A DNA stretch of 64,000 bases, taken from Patescibacteria group bacterium (GTDB taxonomy: Bacteria > Patescibacteriota > Microgenomatia > Levybacterales > UBA12049). The notes under the pieces are model-generated. The model was not told where the DNA came from. It ran no database searches and saw nothing but the letters and a program-made list of their open reading frames with translations. Numbering within the stretch: position 1 is the stretch's first letter; every line of letters starts with the position of its first letter. The stretch covers positions 91,681-155,680 of the forward strand of contig JBBTXS010000009.1 of NCBI GenBank assembly GCA_038062115.1. Direction: 5' to 3'. Of the stretch, positions 1 to 9,112 are shown in pieces. Position numbers and translations under genes: made by a program.

Positions 1-1394
1 GGCAGAAGAACAAATTCAAGAGGAAATAAAAATTCTCTTACTTTAGAAAACGATGAATTTTTAGGTCTATTGGTGAAATCAATGATAACCATTGCCAAGA
101 ATGCGAATAAACACGAAGTTAATATAAAACCAGCGAGTCTTGGCAGACTGTATCCAAGAGTAGTTCTTGAAAAAACAGGATTGAGTATTGGGATAATGTT
201 AGCTGCAATAGTTATTATGAACCAATTAACCGGCCAGAGAAAATGATCAAGCAAAACATTGTATAGTAAAAGTGTTTTCCTTAAAAAGGGAACGTTAGGA
301 ACTGTAAACCACCATTTTATAAAAAGTGGATCATCAGATGCGCCCCAAGACCATCGGCGTTCTTGTTGATACTTATTTTTTAAACTTTTAATATAAGTCG
401 AAGACAGTGGAGAATCCATAGAAGTTTTAAGGAAAATTGGCTCTGTCCATACATTGCCTCCTAATTTGTAAAATGCCTTGAAAAAGATTCTGTAGTCTTC
501 TGGAATAACATCAGAGTCCCAAAATCCCACTTTCTTAAGAAGCGCAAAAGACAAGGAATAGGTTGAATTTGAGATGAGACGGTCTTTTTGTACAAGAAGC
601 CCAGTTCTCCAAAGGCTTCCAAAAAATGAGATAATTCGAATAGGAGCAGGAACATGCCAAAAATTGTTGTGATTTACATTTGCGGATTGCCAGAATTTAT
701 TGTAACGTTTAGGGTCGCTTAAAAAAGCAAAAGTAAGGTATGCAAAATATTGCTTATCAAAGATCGAATCTGCATCAACAGAAGAAACAGTTGCGTAATT
801 TATATCAATAATGCCTGCTTTAATAAGTGTATTATATGCTATCTTTCCAGCATGAGCTTCATTCGAAGACTTTCCTCTAACTTCTGCGGCAAGGTCTTTG
901 TGATAAGTGGCAAAAATATCCGCAAATTTACCTTTAAACTCATTTATTAAGACGTCTGCTTTTTGTTTTGCACCTTTTTCTCTTTTTTCCATAGCAAGTA
1001 CAACAAAAATTTGTTGTGATGGCATGGTCTGAATACTTATGCTTTTGATTGTTTGTCTTAATTTATTTAAATTTTCTTTGTAATTTGGAATTATTACAAC
1101 ATGGTTCACTTTATGAAAATTTTGAGTTGTTTCTACTTTTTGTAGCCAATTAGTGTTCTCTGCAATTTTTATTTTTTTTGAGGAAAGAAATGCTGTTATA
1201 ACAAGGTTAAAGGATTTGTAAAACCAATAAACATCAAAGAAAAGAATAAAGTAAGCCACAATATAGGGAATAAGAAAAGATCCCCAAACTGGAAAAAGAA
1301 TAAGCGTCCAAGAGACTAGTCCCGGAAGCATTTCCAAAAGCCGTTTTGTTTTAATGGGATAGCGAGTAAATATTGTATTGAAAAAGCTTGTCAT
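1..1394 (-). CDS. Family-2 glycosyltransferase, membrane-bound processive (cellulose/chitin-synthase-like); 3' end runs off the window
   Basis: Absent from the ORF track because there is no stop in the window. My reverse-complement read from the ATG (rc of cat at 1392-1394) stays open to base 1: MTSFFNTIFTRYPIKTKRLLEMLPGLVSW...HVVIIPNYKE...VSSVDADS...QQERRWSWG. Hydrophobic N- and C-terminal segments. DxD-like and Q-x-x-RW-like motifs. Confidence 0.7.
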   Translation of the reverse strand, partial: MTSFFNTIFTRYPIKTKRLLEMLPGLVSWTLILFPVWGSFLIPYIVAYFILFFDVYWFYKSFNLVITAFLSSKKIKIAENTNWLQKVETTQNFHKVNHVVIIPNYKENLNKLRQTIKSISIQTMPSQQIFVVLAMEKREKGAKQKADVLINEFKGKFADIFATYHKDLAAEVRGKSSNEAHAGKIAYNTLIKAGIIDINYATVSSVDADSIFDKQYFAYLTFAFLSDPKRYNKFWQSANVNHNNFWHVPAPIRIISFFGSLWRTGLLVQKDRLISNSTYSLSFALLKKVGFWDSDVIPEDYRIFFKAFYKLGGNVWTEPIFLKTSMDSPLSSTYIKSLKNKYQQERRWSWGASDDPLFIKWWFTVPNVPFLRKTLLLYNVLLDHFLWPVNWFIITIAANIIPILNPVFSRTTLGYSLPRLAGFILTSCLFAFLAMVIIDFTNRPKNSSFSKVREFLFPLEFVLL

Positions 1395-1413
1395 AAACTT
1401 AGGGTTTAGTTTA

Positions 1414-2223
1414 TTAGTGTTTAGCGTCTAGTTTAAAGATTGCATTGGCATTTTCTATTGTTTGACGTCTAACTTTTGCAAAAGATACGTTTTTTATTTC
1501 AGCGACTTTCTTACCAACTAGTATAACATAAAAAGGTATGTTTCTACTACCGCGCTTTGGCTCTGGAGTTAAAAATGGGCTGTCTGTTTCGGTTACAATT
1601 CTATTAAGTGGAGCATATTTGACTAAATCTTTGAGCGTAGTTGTTTCTCCCTGTGCTAATCCTTTGTAAGTTATATTGCCATCAAAGCCTACATAAAAGC
1701 CAAGATTTAAGACTTTTCTTAGTAAATCAATATCTTGAGACATACAATGAAACATTCCAGGAGGATTCAAGAGGTATGATTTATGATTTATGAGGATATC
1801 GAGAATGTCTTTGCCAGCATGGCGGTTGTGAATTTGCAAAGGCAGTTTTAGCTTATAAGCAAGTTCAATTTGTTTAATAAAGACCTCTTTTTGAAGTTTT
1901 GGATCAACAATATCATTTGATTTATAGCTAAAGTAATCCAGTCCACACTCCCCAATTCCAACCACTTTTTTCGCATTTTTCGTTAGTTTTACAAGTTCTT
2001 TGTCCCATCCTTTGTCTAATTTATCTGCATGATGAGGATGGATTCCAACGATCGCATATAAATTCTCGTACTTTTGTGCCAATTCTACTGCTTTTTGGCT
2101 TGAGTCAAGCTTTGTTCCAACATTAATAATCTTTGTTACACCAGCATCAAAAGCGTTTTGGATTACTTGGTCATAATCTTTCTCAAATGCATGGAAATTT
2201 AGGTGACAATGTACATCAATCAT
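1414..2223 (-). CDS. TatD-family metal-dependent hydrolase/DNase
   Basis: MIDVHCHLNF...IGECGLDY...PLQIHNRHA...ETDSPFLTP, the classic TatD motifs over the full length. Confidence 0.9.
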   Translation of the reverse strand: MIDVHCHLNFHAFEKDYDQVIQNAFDAGVTKIINVGTKLDSSQKAVELAQKYENLYAIVGIHPHHADKLDKGWDKELVKLTKNAKKVVGIGECGLDYFSYKSNDIVDPKLQKEVFIKQIELAYKLKLPLQIHNRHAGKDILDILINHKSYLLNPPGMFHCMSQDIDLLRKVLNLGFYVGFDGNITYKGLAQGETTTLKDLVKYAPLNRIVTETDSPFLTPEPKRGSRNIPFYVILVGKKVAEIKNVSFAKVRRQTIENANAIFKLDAKH

Positions 2224-2226
2224 GGA

Positions 2227-2448
2227 TTATGCTTTCAAAAATTCTTCGTCATTTATACCAGCTTGTCTGATAATACTTCGAATTGTTCCTGTTTTTACTT
2301 CCTTATGATGAGGCACAACGCAGGTTTTTCTTGTTTGCTCGTTCCACCATATTTCATGAGATCCGCCTGTTGCCCTACGAAATACAAAACCTAGCCTACG
2401 AAGTTTTTTAATAACATCTTTGTAAGAAAGAGGTGAAATATGTACCAT
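2227..2448 (-). CDS. hicA: HicA-family toxin (mRNA interferase)
   Basis: 73 aa with a YcfA/HicA-like pattern: KDVIKKLRRLGFVFRRATGSHEIW...VPHHKEVKTGTIRSIIRQAGI. Sits 3 nt downstream of hicB. Confidence 0.8.
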   Translation of the reverse strand: MVHISPLSYKDVIKKLRRLGFVFRRATGGSHEIWWNEQTRKTCVVPHHKEVKTGTIRSIIRQAGINDEEFLKA

Positions 2449-2451
2449 AAC

Positions 2452-2736
2452 TTAGTTGGCTGATACGATTAAAGGGACACTGAGGATAAATCCCTTTTTT
2501 GCCCTTTGTGTAGTTCTTTTGAGCTTCAGAGGAATAACTATACCCTCTTCTTTATATAATTCAATAAGGGAAGATGCAACATAAGAAATCTCATTAATTG
2601 TTTCTTCGATTGTGTCTCCTTGCGCATAGCAATCTTTCCATGAAGAGCATACAGCAGTAAACCCACCTGCTTTTTCTTCCTGCATAGAAATAGGAAGTTC
2701 GTATTCCTGAATATGTAATGTTTTGTTCTTTTTCAT
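2452..2736 (-). CDS. hicB: HicB-family antitoxin (UPF0150-like N-domain)
   Basis: 94 aa: GGFTAVCSSWKDCYAQGDTIEETINEI...LIELYKEEG. This is the typical HicB RNase-H-like fold signature, and the gene is paired with hicA. Confidence 0.7.
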   Translation of the reverse strand: MKKNKTLHIQEYELPISMQEEKAGGFTAVCSSWKDCYAQGDTIEETINEISYVASSLIELYKEEGIVIPLKLKRTTQRAKKGFILSVPLIVSAN

Positions 2737-2747
2737 AATGAAAATAT

Positions 2748-2856
2748 GGCTGGGTCATAAATACCCATTTGTCATTCCGAGCGAGCGTGAGCGAGTCGAG
2801 GAATCTCGTTGAAGGAGATTTCTCGGCAAGCTCGAAATGACAATTGTGACCCAGTC
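2748..2856. mobile_element. Palindromic MITE-like element (GTCATTCCGAGCG...CTCGAAATGAC core) flanked by a 13-15-bp direct repeat
   Basis: Inverted ends are GGCTGGGTCATAA / TTGTGACCCAGTC. The flanking direct repeat (TC)ATAATGAAAATAT occurs at 2733-2747 and 2855-2869, and the left copy includes the hicB start codon (rc). Confidence 0.7.
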
Positions 2857-2907
2857 ATAATGAAAATATAATAGCAGATTCATTCTTATTCTTCAATGGT
2901 AAATTTC

Positions 2908-3030
2908 GTAACTGTCCACGATTTGACAAAACATCTGCCATCTCGAGCCTAAGCGAGAGATCCCATGGGGATTTCTCACCTACTGCGTAGCTTCGAAATG
3001 ACAATCCTTTGGAAACTCGTGGACGGTTAC
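2908..3030. mobile_element. 123-bp MITE, GTAAC...GTTAC family, diverged copy, with 8-bp TSD
   Basis: TIRs are GTAACTGTCCACGATTTG / AAACTCGTGGACGGTTAC. Palindromic core is CATCTCGAGCCTAAGCGAGAGATCCC...CTTCGAAATGACA. Perfect 8-bp direct repeat TAAATTTC at 2900-2907 and 3031-3038. Confidence 0.85.
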
Positions 3031-3112
3031 TAAATTTCATGATAGACTTTATATTGTAGCTTCAGTTTTTTGATACTCCAGTTGGATAATAGAACCTGAT
3101 ATAATTTCTTTA

Positions 3113-3751
3113 ATGAAAGTAAATAAATTAACTATTCAAAAGAACTGGAAGGAAATAACAAGGAGTAGTTATGACAAACACGCTGAAGAATTTGCAGCAT
3201 TTACAACTATATTTAGAGGTAGATTGCAAAAATGGATTGACTATTTCCCCGCCCAACTTCCTAAGGGTTCATTAATTCTTGATGTTGGATGTGGTGCAGG
3301 AAGGGACGCTTTGTACCTTACTAATAAAGGTCTTTCCATAACTGGTATTGATTTTTCGGAGAAACTTATTGAAATAGCCAAAAAGAAAGTTAGACGTGGA
3401 AAATTTATTGTTATGGATTTTGAAAAGTTATCATTTCCTAAAAATAGTTTTGATGGAATCTGGGCATCCGCAAGTCTTTACCATGTTCCAAGAGAAAATT
3501 TATTAGGGGTTCTTAAAAAACTAAATTTAGTTTTAAAACATGATGGGTTATTTTTCTCCCTATATAGAGTTGGAGAAGGAGAAAAGTTTACAAAAGAGAA
3601 AAGAGGAAATGCTATCCTTGAAAGATTCTGTGCTTATTACAAACCACAAGAGATAGGGAATTTGTTAACTAAAACAGGATTTAACAGTATAATATCAGAG
3701 TTAGATGTCATAGAAACTGGTGACTGGCTAGGAGTTTTTGCAAGAAAATAA
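3113..3751 (+). CDS. Class I SAM-dependent methyltransferase
   Basis: Motif I LDVGCGAGRD, then the post-I/II pattern DGIWASASLYHV. 212 aa. Confidence 0.85.
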   Translation: MKVNKLTIQKNWKEITRSSYDKHAEEFAAFTTIFRGRLQKWIDYFPAQLPKGSLILDVGCGAGRDALYLTNKGLSITGIDFSEKLIEIAKKKVRRGKFIVMDFEKLSFPKNSFDGIWASASLYHVPRENLLGVLKKLNLVLKHDGLFFSLYRVGEGEKFTKEKRGNAILERFCAYYKPQEIGNLLTKTGFNSIISELDVIETGDWLGVFARK

Positions 3752-3762
3752 AAATAGGATGG

Positions 3763-5199
3763 TTAAAGTCTTAGAAATAATGGTTTTTGGGAAGTAATTT
3801 TTGGTTTTTTGAATTGGTCTTCGATTTTTTGGGCAGTTGTTGGAAGAAATGGTTCAAGGAGTATTGCAATTTCTTGGATTTGGTCTATTGCATGATCTAG
3901 GATAGTCTTTAGTCTTTGGCTTTTGGTCTTTACTAATTCCCAAGGTTTTTCGTTATTGATAAAACGATCAAGAAGAGTAATTTTTTTCCAAATAAAAGAC
4001 AGGGCATCGTTAAATCTAAATTCAAACAAAGCCTCTGAATATTCTTCGATGGCAATAATATGTACATATGTTTTGCTTACTGATTGCATTTGCTTATAAT
4101 TGGCAGTTTCTGCAAGTTTTGCAACTCTAGATACTGTGTTCCCCAAACCATTTGCCAAATCAGAATTATATGCTTGAATTAGTTTTTCCTCTGATATATC
4201 ACTATCATCTGTAAGATTAGTGTATCTTAAAAGATAATAACGGACAGCGTCTGCACCATATTTTCTTACCCAATCTGTGGGTCTTATTATATTTCCCAAA
4301 GATTTGCTAATTTTTTGGCCATTGAGAGTTAGGAATCCATTGACAAGAATTGTTTCTGGCAGATCTATCCCAGCACATTTAAGCATGGCAGGCCATAAAA
4401 GCGAATGCCACCTAAGATTGTCTTTTCCTAAAACATGAATCTCTGCAGGCCAGAATTTTTTAAACAGTTTTTCGTTTTCAAGAAAACCAATGCCTGTAAG
4501 GTAATTTGTTAATGCGTCAAACCATACATACATAACTTGTTTTGGTTCATTTGGAATTGGAACGCCCCATGTAAAATTTGATCTTGAGATAGGAATATCT
4601 TTTATGTTTTTGGCAAACTTAAGCATTTCGTTAACCCTTTCTTTTGGAAAAATAAAATCCTGATTTTTTTTAAGATGATTAATCAAAAAATCTTTATATT
4701 TAGACCATTTGAAGAAATAGTTTTCTTCGGTTATTTTTTTAATTTCAAGACTTGGGTGAAAAGGACACTTTCCATCTATCAAATCTGATTGTTCGTAGTA
4801 AGCTTCGCATCCTTCACAATATAATCCTTCGTATTTACCAAGATATATATCCCCGTTATTGTTTACTCGTTTCCATATTTCTTGAGCTACTTTAGTATGA
4901 TCTTCGTCCGTTGTTCTTATGAATCTATCGTATGAGATGTTTAGAGCGTCTTGTTGTTTTTGGTCAGAGTCGGAAATTTTTTTAACAAATTCCGATGGAG
5001 AAATACTAGCTTGTCTTGCAGCTTTTTCTGCCTTTTGGCCATATTCATCGGTACCAGTCAGGAAAAAAACATTTTCCTTTCCAAGTACTATGCGATAATA
5101 TCGAGCCAGAACATCAGCCGCAATCTTTTGGAAAGCATGCCCAATGTGAATTGTGTCATTAACATAATCAATTGCTGTTGTTATATAGAATTTGTTCAC
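3763..5199 (-). CDS. metG: Methionyl-tRNA synthetase (short form, no C-terminal tRNA-binding domain)
   Basis: HIGH-type motif TIHIGHAF, KMSKS-type motif KISKSLGN, and a Cys knuckle CEGCEAYY...CPFH. Confidence 0.95.
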   Translation of the reverse strand: MNKFYITTAIDYVNDTIHIGHAFQKIAADVLARYYRIVLGKENVFFLTGTDEYGQKAEKAARQASISPSEFVKKISDSDQKQQDALNISYDRFIRTTDEDHTKVAQEIWKRVNNNGDIYLGKYEGLYCEGCEAYYEQSDLIDGKCPFHPSLEIKKITEENYFFKWSKYKDFLINHLKKNQDFIFPKERVNEMLKFAKNIKDIPISRSNFTWGVPIPNEPKQVMYVWFDALTNYLTGIGFLENEKLFKKFWPAEIHVLGKDNLRWHSLLWPAMLKCAGIDLPETILVNGFLTLNGQKISKSLGNIIRPTDWVRKYGADAVRYYLLRYTNLTDDSDISEEKLIQAYNSDLANGLGNTVSRVAKLAETANYKQMQSVSKTYVHIIAIEEYSEALFEFRFNDALSFIWKKITLLDRFINNEKPWELVKTKSQRLKTILDHAIDQIQEIAILLEPFLPTTAQKIEDQFKKPKITSQKPLFLRL

Positions 5200-5245
5200 A
5201 AAACAATTCTAGCAGAGGATACGTATTCAAGCAACATAGTTAATT

Positions 5246-5368
5246 GTAACTATTCAGTTCTTACCAATGAAGCTGTCATTTCGAGCGTAGCGAGAAATCC
5301 CCAGGGGATTCTCACGGCTACTTCGTAGCCTCAGAATGACATTCTGTTGGGAACAACTGAATACTTAC
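5246..5368. mobile_element. 123-bp MITE, GTAAC...CTTAC family, copy A, with 8-bp TSD
   Basis: Base-for-base identical to 11915-12037. TIRs are GTAACTATTCAGTTCTTACCAA / TTGGGAACAACTGAATACTTAC. TSD AGTTAATT at 5238-5245 and 5369-5376. Confidence 0.9.
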
Positions 5369-5428
5369 AGTTAATTAGCCTAAAGTAGGCTACTACGTAG
5401 TAACACACTTTAGAAACACGATAAACGC

Positions 5429-5764
5429 CTATTTTTTCTTGGTAAATAGAAGTTCGAGGGTGAAGAAAAGAGCTAATAAAAGAATAAGGAAAAATACGTG
5501 CATTAGGTGAAAAAAGCGAAGAAGTAAATAGGTTGTTATCAATAAGGCAAAGAATAGTCCTCTTCGGTAATGGTTTAAGACATAGGAAACAAAAGAAAAA
5601 ATAAATAAAAAAATAAGGGGAAAGAAAACAACAGTAATCGGTAACCTGTAAGTAGTAATTAGTAATTGGTGGTTGGGAGGAAAAGAAAAAATAATATAAG
5701 TAAGCGTTGCTAAAGACAAAATACTAAATACCAAAAGCCAAAAGGATCGTCTTTTTCGCCGCAT
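5429..5764 (-). CDS. Small integral membrane protein, unknown function
   Basis: 111 aa with about 4 hydrophobic helices. No recognisable family. Confidence 0.5.
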   Translation of the reverse strand: MRRKRRSFWLLVFSILSLATLTYIIFSFPPNHQLLITTYRLPITVVFFPLIFLFIFSFVSYVLNHYRRGLFFALLITTYLLLRFFHLMHVFFLILLLALFFTLELLFTKKK

Positions 5765-5797
5765 ATACTAAAGTGTAGCATATTTAAAAATTACCTC

Positions 5798-5835
5798 TTG
5801 ACAAAAGGTTAGCAGTCATGGTATATTAGTGCCAA
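5798..5835 (+). promoter_or_regulatory. Sigma70-like promoter of hrcA operon overlapping a degenerate CIRCE operator
   Basis: TTGACA (5798-5803), an 18-nt spacer, then TGgTATATT (extended -10, hexamer 5822-5827). TTAGCAGTC-N9-TAGTGCCAA (5809-5835) matches CIRCE TTAGCACTC-N9-GAGTGCTAA in 8/9 + 7/9 positions. Lies directly upstream of hrcA. Confidence 0.65.
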
Positions 5836-5847
5836 TTCGTCAAGATT

Positions 5848-6579
5848 ATGCATGATTTAACACAAAGACAAGTAAGCATATTAAAAAGCCTCATAGAGGA
5901 ATATATTGATACTGCAGAGCCTGTTGGCTCGGAAACTTTGGAGAAAAAACATAATTTAAGTGCATCCCCGGCTACTATTAGAAATGAGATGGTTACCTTA
6001 ACAAAAAAAGGTTATCTTAAAAAAACTCACGCTTCTTCTGGTCGTGTTCCAACACCAACAGGAATGAAGTTTTATGTAAAGCAGTTAATGAAAGAGAAAG
6101 ATTTATCTGTTACTGAAGAAGTTGCAGTTAAAGAAAGTCTTTGGGATTATCGAGGCAAAGAACAACGCTTCCTAAAAGAGCTCACAAAAACTTTAGCAGA
6201 CAAAACTAAAACATTAGCAGTTGTTATTACAGAGGAGGGAGATATTTACTGTTCGGGATTCGCAAATATTTTAGAGATGCCTGAGTTTTTTGATATAGAC
6301 GTAACAAAAAACTTACTTTCTACAATTGACGAGTTTAATTATTTTAGTAATCTTTGTACCAGCATAATAGATGATGGGGATGTTCATATTTTACTTGGAG
6401 AAGAATTGGGTCCAAAACTTCATGGGCCATATGGATTTGTTTTTACTCGTTTTAAGACTCCAATGCGTAAAAATGGTGAGGTTGGAGTCATCGGTCCTAC
6501 CAGACTAGATTATACTTATATTGTTCCAGCAGTAAGATATTTTGGCAACTTAGTTGAGGAAATTGCCCAAGGCTGGTAA
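5848..6579 (+). CDS. hrcA: Heat-inducible transcription repressor HrcA (short form, 243 aa)
   Basis: N-terminal winged helix: RQVSILKSLIEEYIDTAEPVGSETL...SPATIRNEM. First gene of the grpE-dnaK operon. Confidence 0.9.
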   Translation: MHDLTQRQVSILKSLIEEYIDTAEPVGSETLEKKHNLSASPATIRNEMVTLTKKGYLKKTHASSGRVPTPTGMKFYVKQLMKEKDLSVTEEVAVKESLWDYRGKEQRFLKELTKTLADKTKTLAVVITEEGDIYCSGFANILEMPEFFDIDVTKNLLSTIDEFNYFSNLCTSIIDDGDVHILLGEELGPKLHGPYGFVFTRFKTPMRKNGEVGVIGPTRLDYTYIVPAVRYFGNLVEEIAQGW

Positions 6580-6594
6580 AAAGAATTAATAATT

Positions 6595-7137
6595 ATGGAT
6601 AGGAGTGATACAAAGATAAAAATAAGCGAGAAAAAAGGAGAAGTTGAAAAGCAAGACGAAAATCACGAGGAAGAGAAAAAGGTAAATAAAGAAATTGAAG
6701 AATTAAAAAAAAGACTTGAAGAGCTTGACAATAAATACAAACGAGCTTTGGCAGATTATCAGAATTTGGAAAAAAGGGTAAGAGAAGAAAAAAGGGAATG
6801 GCTGCTTACTGTCAACAAAGATCTTCTCTTGCATCTTTTGCCAGTTTTGGATACACTAATACTTGCCAAGAAACATATTAAAGTCCATGATGAAGGTTTA
6901 AGCCTAAGCATTAAACAGTTTGAGGATCTTTTAAAAGCAGAAGGGGTTGAAAGAATAGAGACAGTAGGCAAGAGTTTTGATCCGCACCTTATGCAGTGTG
7001 TGGAAACCATAGAGGGCGAAGAAGGAAAAATAGTAGAAGAGATTAGAGCTGGCTATAAATTACATAATACAGTTTTGCGGGCAGCTCTAGTAAAAGTCGG
7101 AAAGAAAAAGATCGAAAAAGAGGAGATTGTTAATTAA
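6595..7137 (+). CDS. grpE: Nucleotide exchange factor GrpE
   Basis: Coiled-coil ALADYQNLEKRVREE... followed by a C-terminal beta domain FDPHLMQCV...GYKLHNTVLRAALVKV. Confidence 0.95.
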   Translation: MDRSDTKIKISEKKGEVEKQDENHEEEKKVNKEIEELKKRLEELDNKYKRALADYQNLEKRVREEKREWLLTVNKDLLLHLLPVLDTLILAKKHIKVHDEGLSLSIKQFEDLLKAEGVERIETVGKSFDPHLMQCVETIEGEEGKIVEEIRAGYKLHNTVLRAALVKVGKKKIEKEEIVN

Positions 7138-7140
7138 ATT

Positions 7141-9042
7141 ATGGGAAAAATAATTGGCATTGATTTAGGTACAACAAACTCATGCGTTGCTGTAATGGAG
7201 GGCGGATCTCCCAAAGTAATCTATTCGCTAGAGGGACGCAATGTTATTCCATCAGTTGTTGATCCAATTTCCCATGTAGTTGGCGATGTGGCAAAACGCC
7301 AGTTAGTTCTAAAACCTAAACGAACTATCTTTTCGATAAAAAGACTAATGGGGAGAAAATTCAATGACCCATCTGTTCAGTTTGACATGAAATGGCTTCC
7401 ATACACAATTAAGGGTGGGCGTGATGGTATGGCAGTAGTTGAGGTTGAGGGTCGAATCTTTACTCCTCAGGAAATTTCTGCCCAGATTCTGCAGAAAATA
7501 AAGGGAGATGCAGAGGCCTACTTGGGTGGAAAGGTTACACAAGCTGTTATTACAGTTCCAGCGTATTTTGACGACTCACAAAGACAAGCCACTAAACAAG
7601 CAGGAGAAATTGCTGGGCTTGAAGTCCTTCGTATTATAAACGAACCAACAGCATCAGCTTTGGCTTACGGACTAGATAAAAAAAATGCCCATACAATAGC
7701 TATATATGATTTAGGCGGAGGAACCTTTGACATCTCTGTTTTGGAGTTGGGGGATGGGGTTTACGAAGTAAAGTCAACAAATGGAGATACGCATTTGGGA
7801 GGAGATGATTTTGATCAAGTAATTATTAACTATATTGCAGAGGAATTCAAAAAAGGGCATGGCATTGATCTTCGCCGCGATCCACAGGCACTGCAAAGAC
7901 TTAGGGAATCCGCAGAAAAGGCAAAAATCGAGCTTTCAAGCGCACAGCAAGCCGAAATTAATCAACCGTTTATTACTCAGGGCAAAGAAGGCGCTACTCA
8001 CTTAACAATGTCTTTGACGCGCGCAAAGCTTGAACAACTTGTCGACCATCTTATACAAAGAACCCTTCGTCCTGTTGAACAGGCGTTAAAAGATGCAAAA
8101 GAAACTATCTCCGATATAGATGAAGTAGTTTTGGTAGGAGGAATGACAAGAATGCCAAAAGTTATAGAAATAGTTGCCAAATTCTTTGGCAAAGAACCAA
8201 ATAAATCGGTTAATCCAGACGAAGTGGTAGCAGTTGGCGCATCGGTTCAAGGAGGAGTTTTGGGTGGAGAGGTAAAAGACGTATTACTTTTGGATGTAAC
8301 ACCATTGACGCTTGGTATAGAAACATTAGGCGGGGTCTCAACCCCACTTATTGGAAAAAATACAACTATACCAACTTCAAAATCACAAGTTTTTTCAACT
8401 GCTGCGGACAATCAGACACAAGTTGAAATAAATGTATTGCAAGGTGAACGACCTATGGCAGTGGATAATAAATCATTGGGTCGATTTATTTTAAGTGGTA
8501 TCCCTCCAGCGCCTCGTGGTGTTCCTCAAGTTGAGGTTACTTTTGATATCGATACAAACGGCATTCTAAACGTAAAGGCTCAGGATAAAGCAACTGGCAA
8601 AGAGCAAAGCATTAGAATTACTGGCTCAACTGGACTTACTAAAGATGAAGTCGAGAAGATGACTAGAGAAGCAGAAATGCATGCAAAAGAAGATGAGTTG
8701 AAAAAAGAGAAAATTGAGGCCAGAAATTCAGCAGATTCACTTATGTTTACAGCAGAAAAAACACTTAGAGATGCGGCAGATAAAGTAAACGCCGATGTTA
8801 AAAAAGAAGTTGAAGATAAAATAGCAGCTCTTAAGGCAATTCTTGAAACTGGAACTAAAGAAGACTTGATTGCTGCGACTAGAGATTTATCAGACAGTCT
8901 GCAAAAAGTAGGACAAGCAATGTACCAATCCCATACATCGGATGCCAAAGGTCAAAAGTCAGAAGAAACGTCAGGCGGCAACGAAAAGAAAGAAGAAAAG
9001 AAAGATAAGGATGAGCCGGTTGAGGGAGAAGTGGTAAACTAA
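7141..9042 (+). CDS. dnaK: Chaperone DnaK (Hsp70)
   Basis: [23 protein letters not shown] and [10 protein letters not shown] signatures. 633 aa. Confidence 0.98.
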   Translation: MGKIIGIDLGTTNSCVAVMEGGSPKVIYSLEGRNVIPSVVDPISHVVGDVAKRQLVLKPKRTIFSIKRLMGRKFNDPSVQFDMKWLPYTIKGGRDGMAVVEVEGRIFTPQEISAQILQKIKGDAEAYLGGKVTQAVITVPAYFDDSQRQATKQAGEIAGLEVLRIINEPTASALAYGLDKKNAHTIAIYDLGGGTFDISVLELGDGVYEVKSTNGDTHLGGDDFDQVIINYIAEEFKKGHGIDLRRDPQALQRLRESAEKAKIELSSAQQAEINQPFITQGKEGATHLTMSLTRAKLEQLVDHLIQRTLRPVEQALKDAKETISDIDEVVLVGGMTRMPKVIEIVAKFFGKEPNKSVNPDEVVAVGASVQGGVLGGEVKDVLLLDVTPLTLGIETLGGVSTPLIGKNTTIPTSKSQVFSTAADNQTQVEINVLQGERPMAVDNKSLGRFILSGIPPAPRGVPQVEVTFDIDTNGILNVKAQDKATGKEQSIRITGSTGLTKDEVEKMTREAEMHAKEDELKKEKIEARNSADSLMFTAEKTLRDAADKVNADVKKEVEDKIAALKAILETGTKEDLIAATRDLSDSLQKVGQAMYQSHTSDAKGQKSEETSGGNEKKEEKKDKDEPVEGEVVN

Positions 9043-9072
9043 TTAAGGATTAATTATTAATGATAAAGGATT

Positions 9073-9097
9073 AAGCGCTAAGAACGGCGCTTATTTG
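9073..9097 (+). terminator. Weak hairpin after dnaK (possible terminator)
   Basis: AAGCGC-taagaacg-GCGCTT followed by ATTTGG. Short stem and a poor T-tract. Confidence 0.3.
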
Positions 9098-9112
9098 GTA
9101 TAATGGATGATT

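Noticed and set aside
2855-3040. 61-aa ORF on the minus strand.
   Set aside because: It is composed almost entirely of the 123-bp MITE (2908-3030). Its peptide (…LSFRSYAVGEKSPWDLSLRLE…) is the typical read-through translation of the palindromic core.
4951-5328. 125-aa plus-strand ORF overlapping the metG 5' end and MITE copy A.
   Set aside because: It is antisense to a well-supported metG and runs into the MITE. It has low-complexity composition and no homology pattern.
7345-8948. Antisense ORFs inside dnaK (7345-7542, 7998-8192, 8580-8948). Comparable antisense or alternate-frame ORFs occur in tuf, secY, rplB, rplD, rpoA, glnA, rnj and elsewhere.
   Set aside because: They are shadow ORFs opposite or inside strongly supported conserved genes, with biased low-complexity sequences.
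9043-9112. glmS ribozyme upstream of glmS.
   Set aside because: Only about 70 nt separate dnaK from glmS, which is far too short for the ~170-nt ribozyme. No conserved core sequence was recognised.
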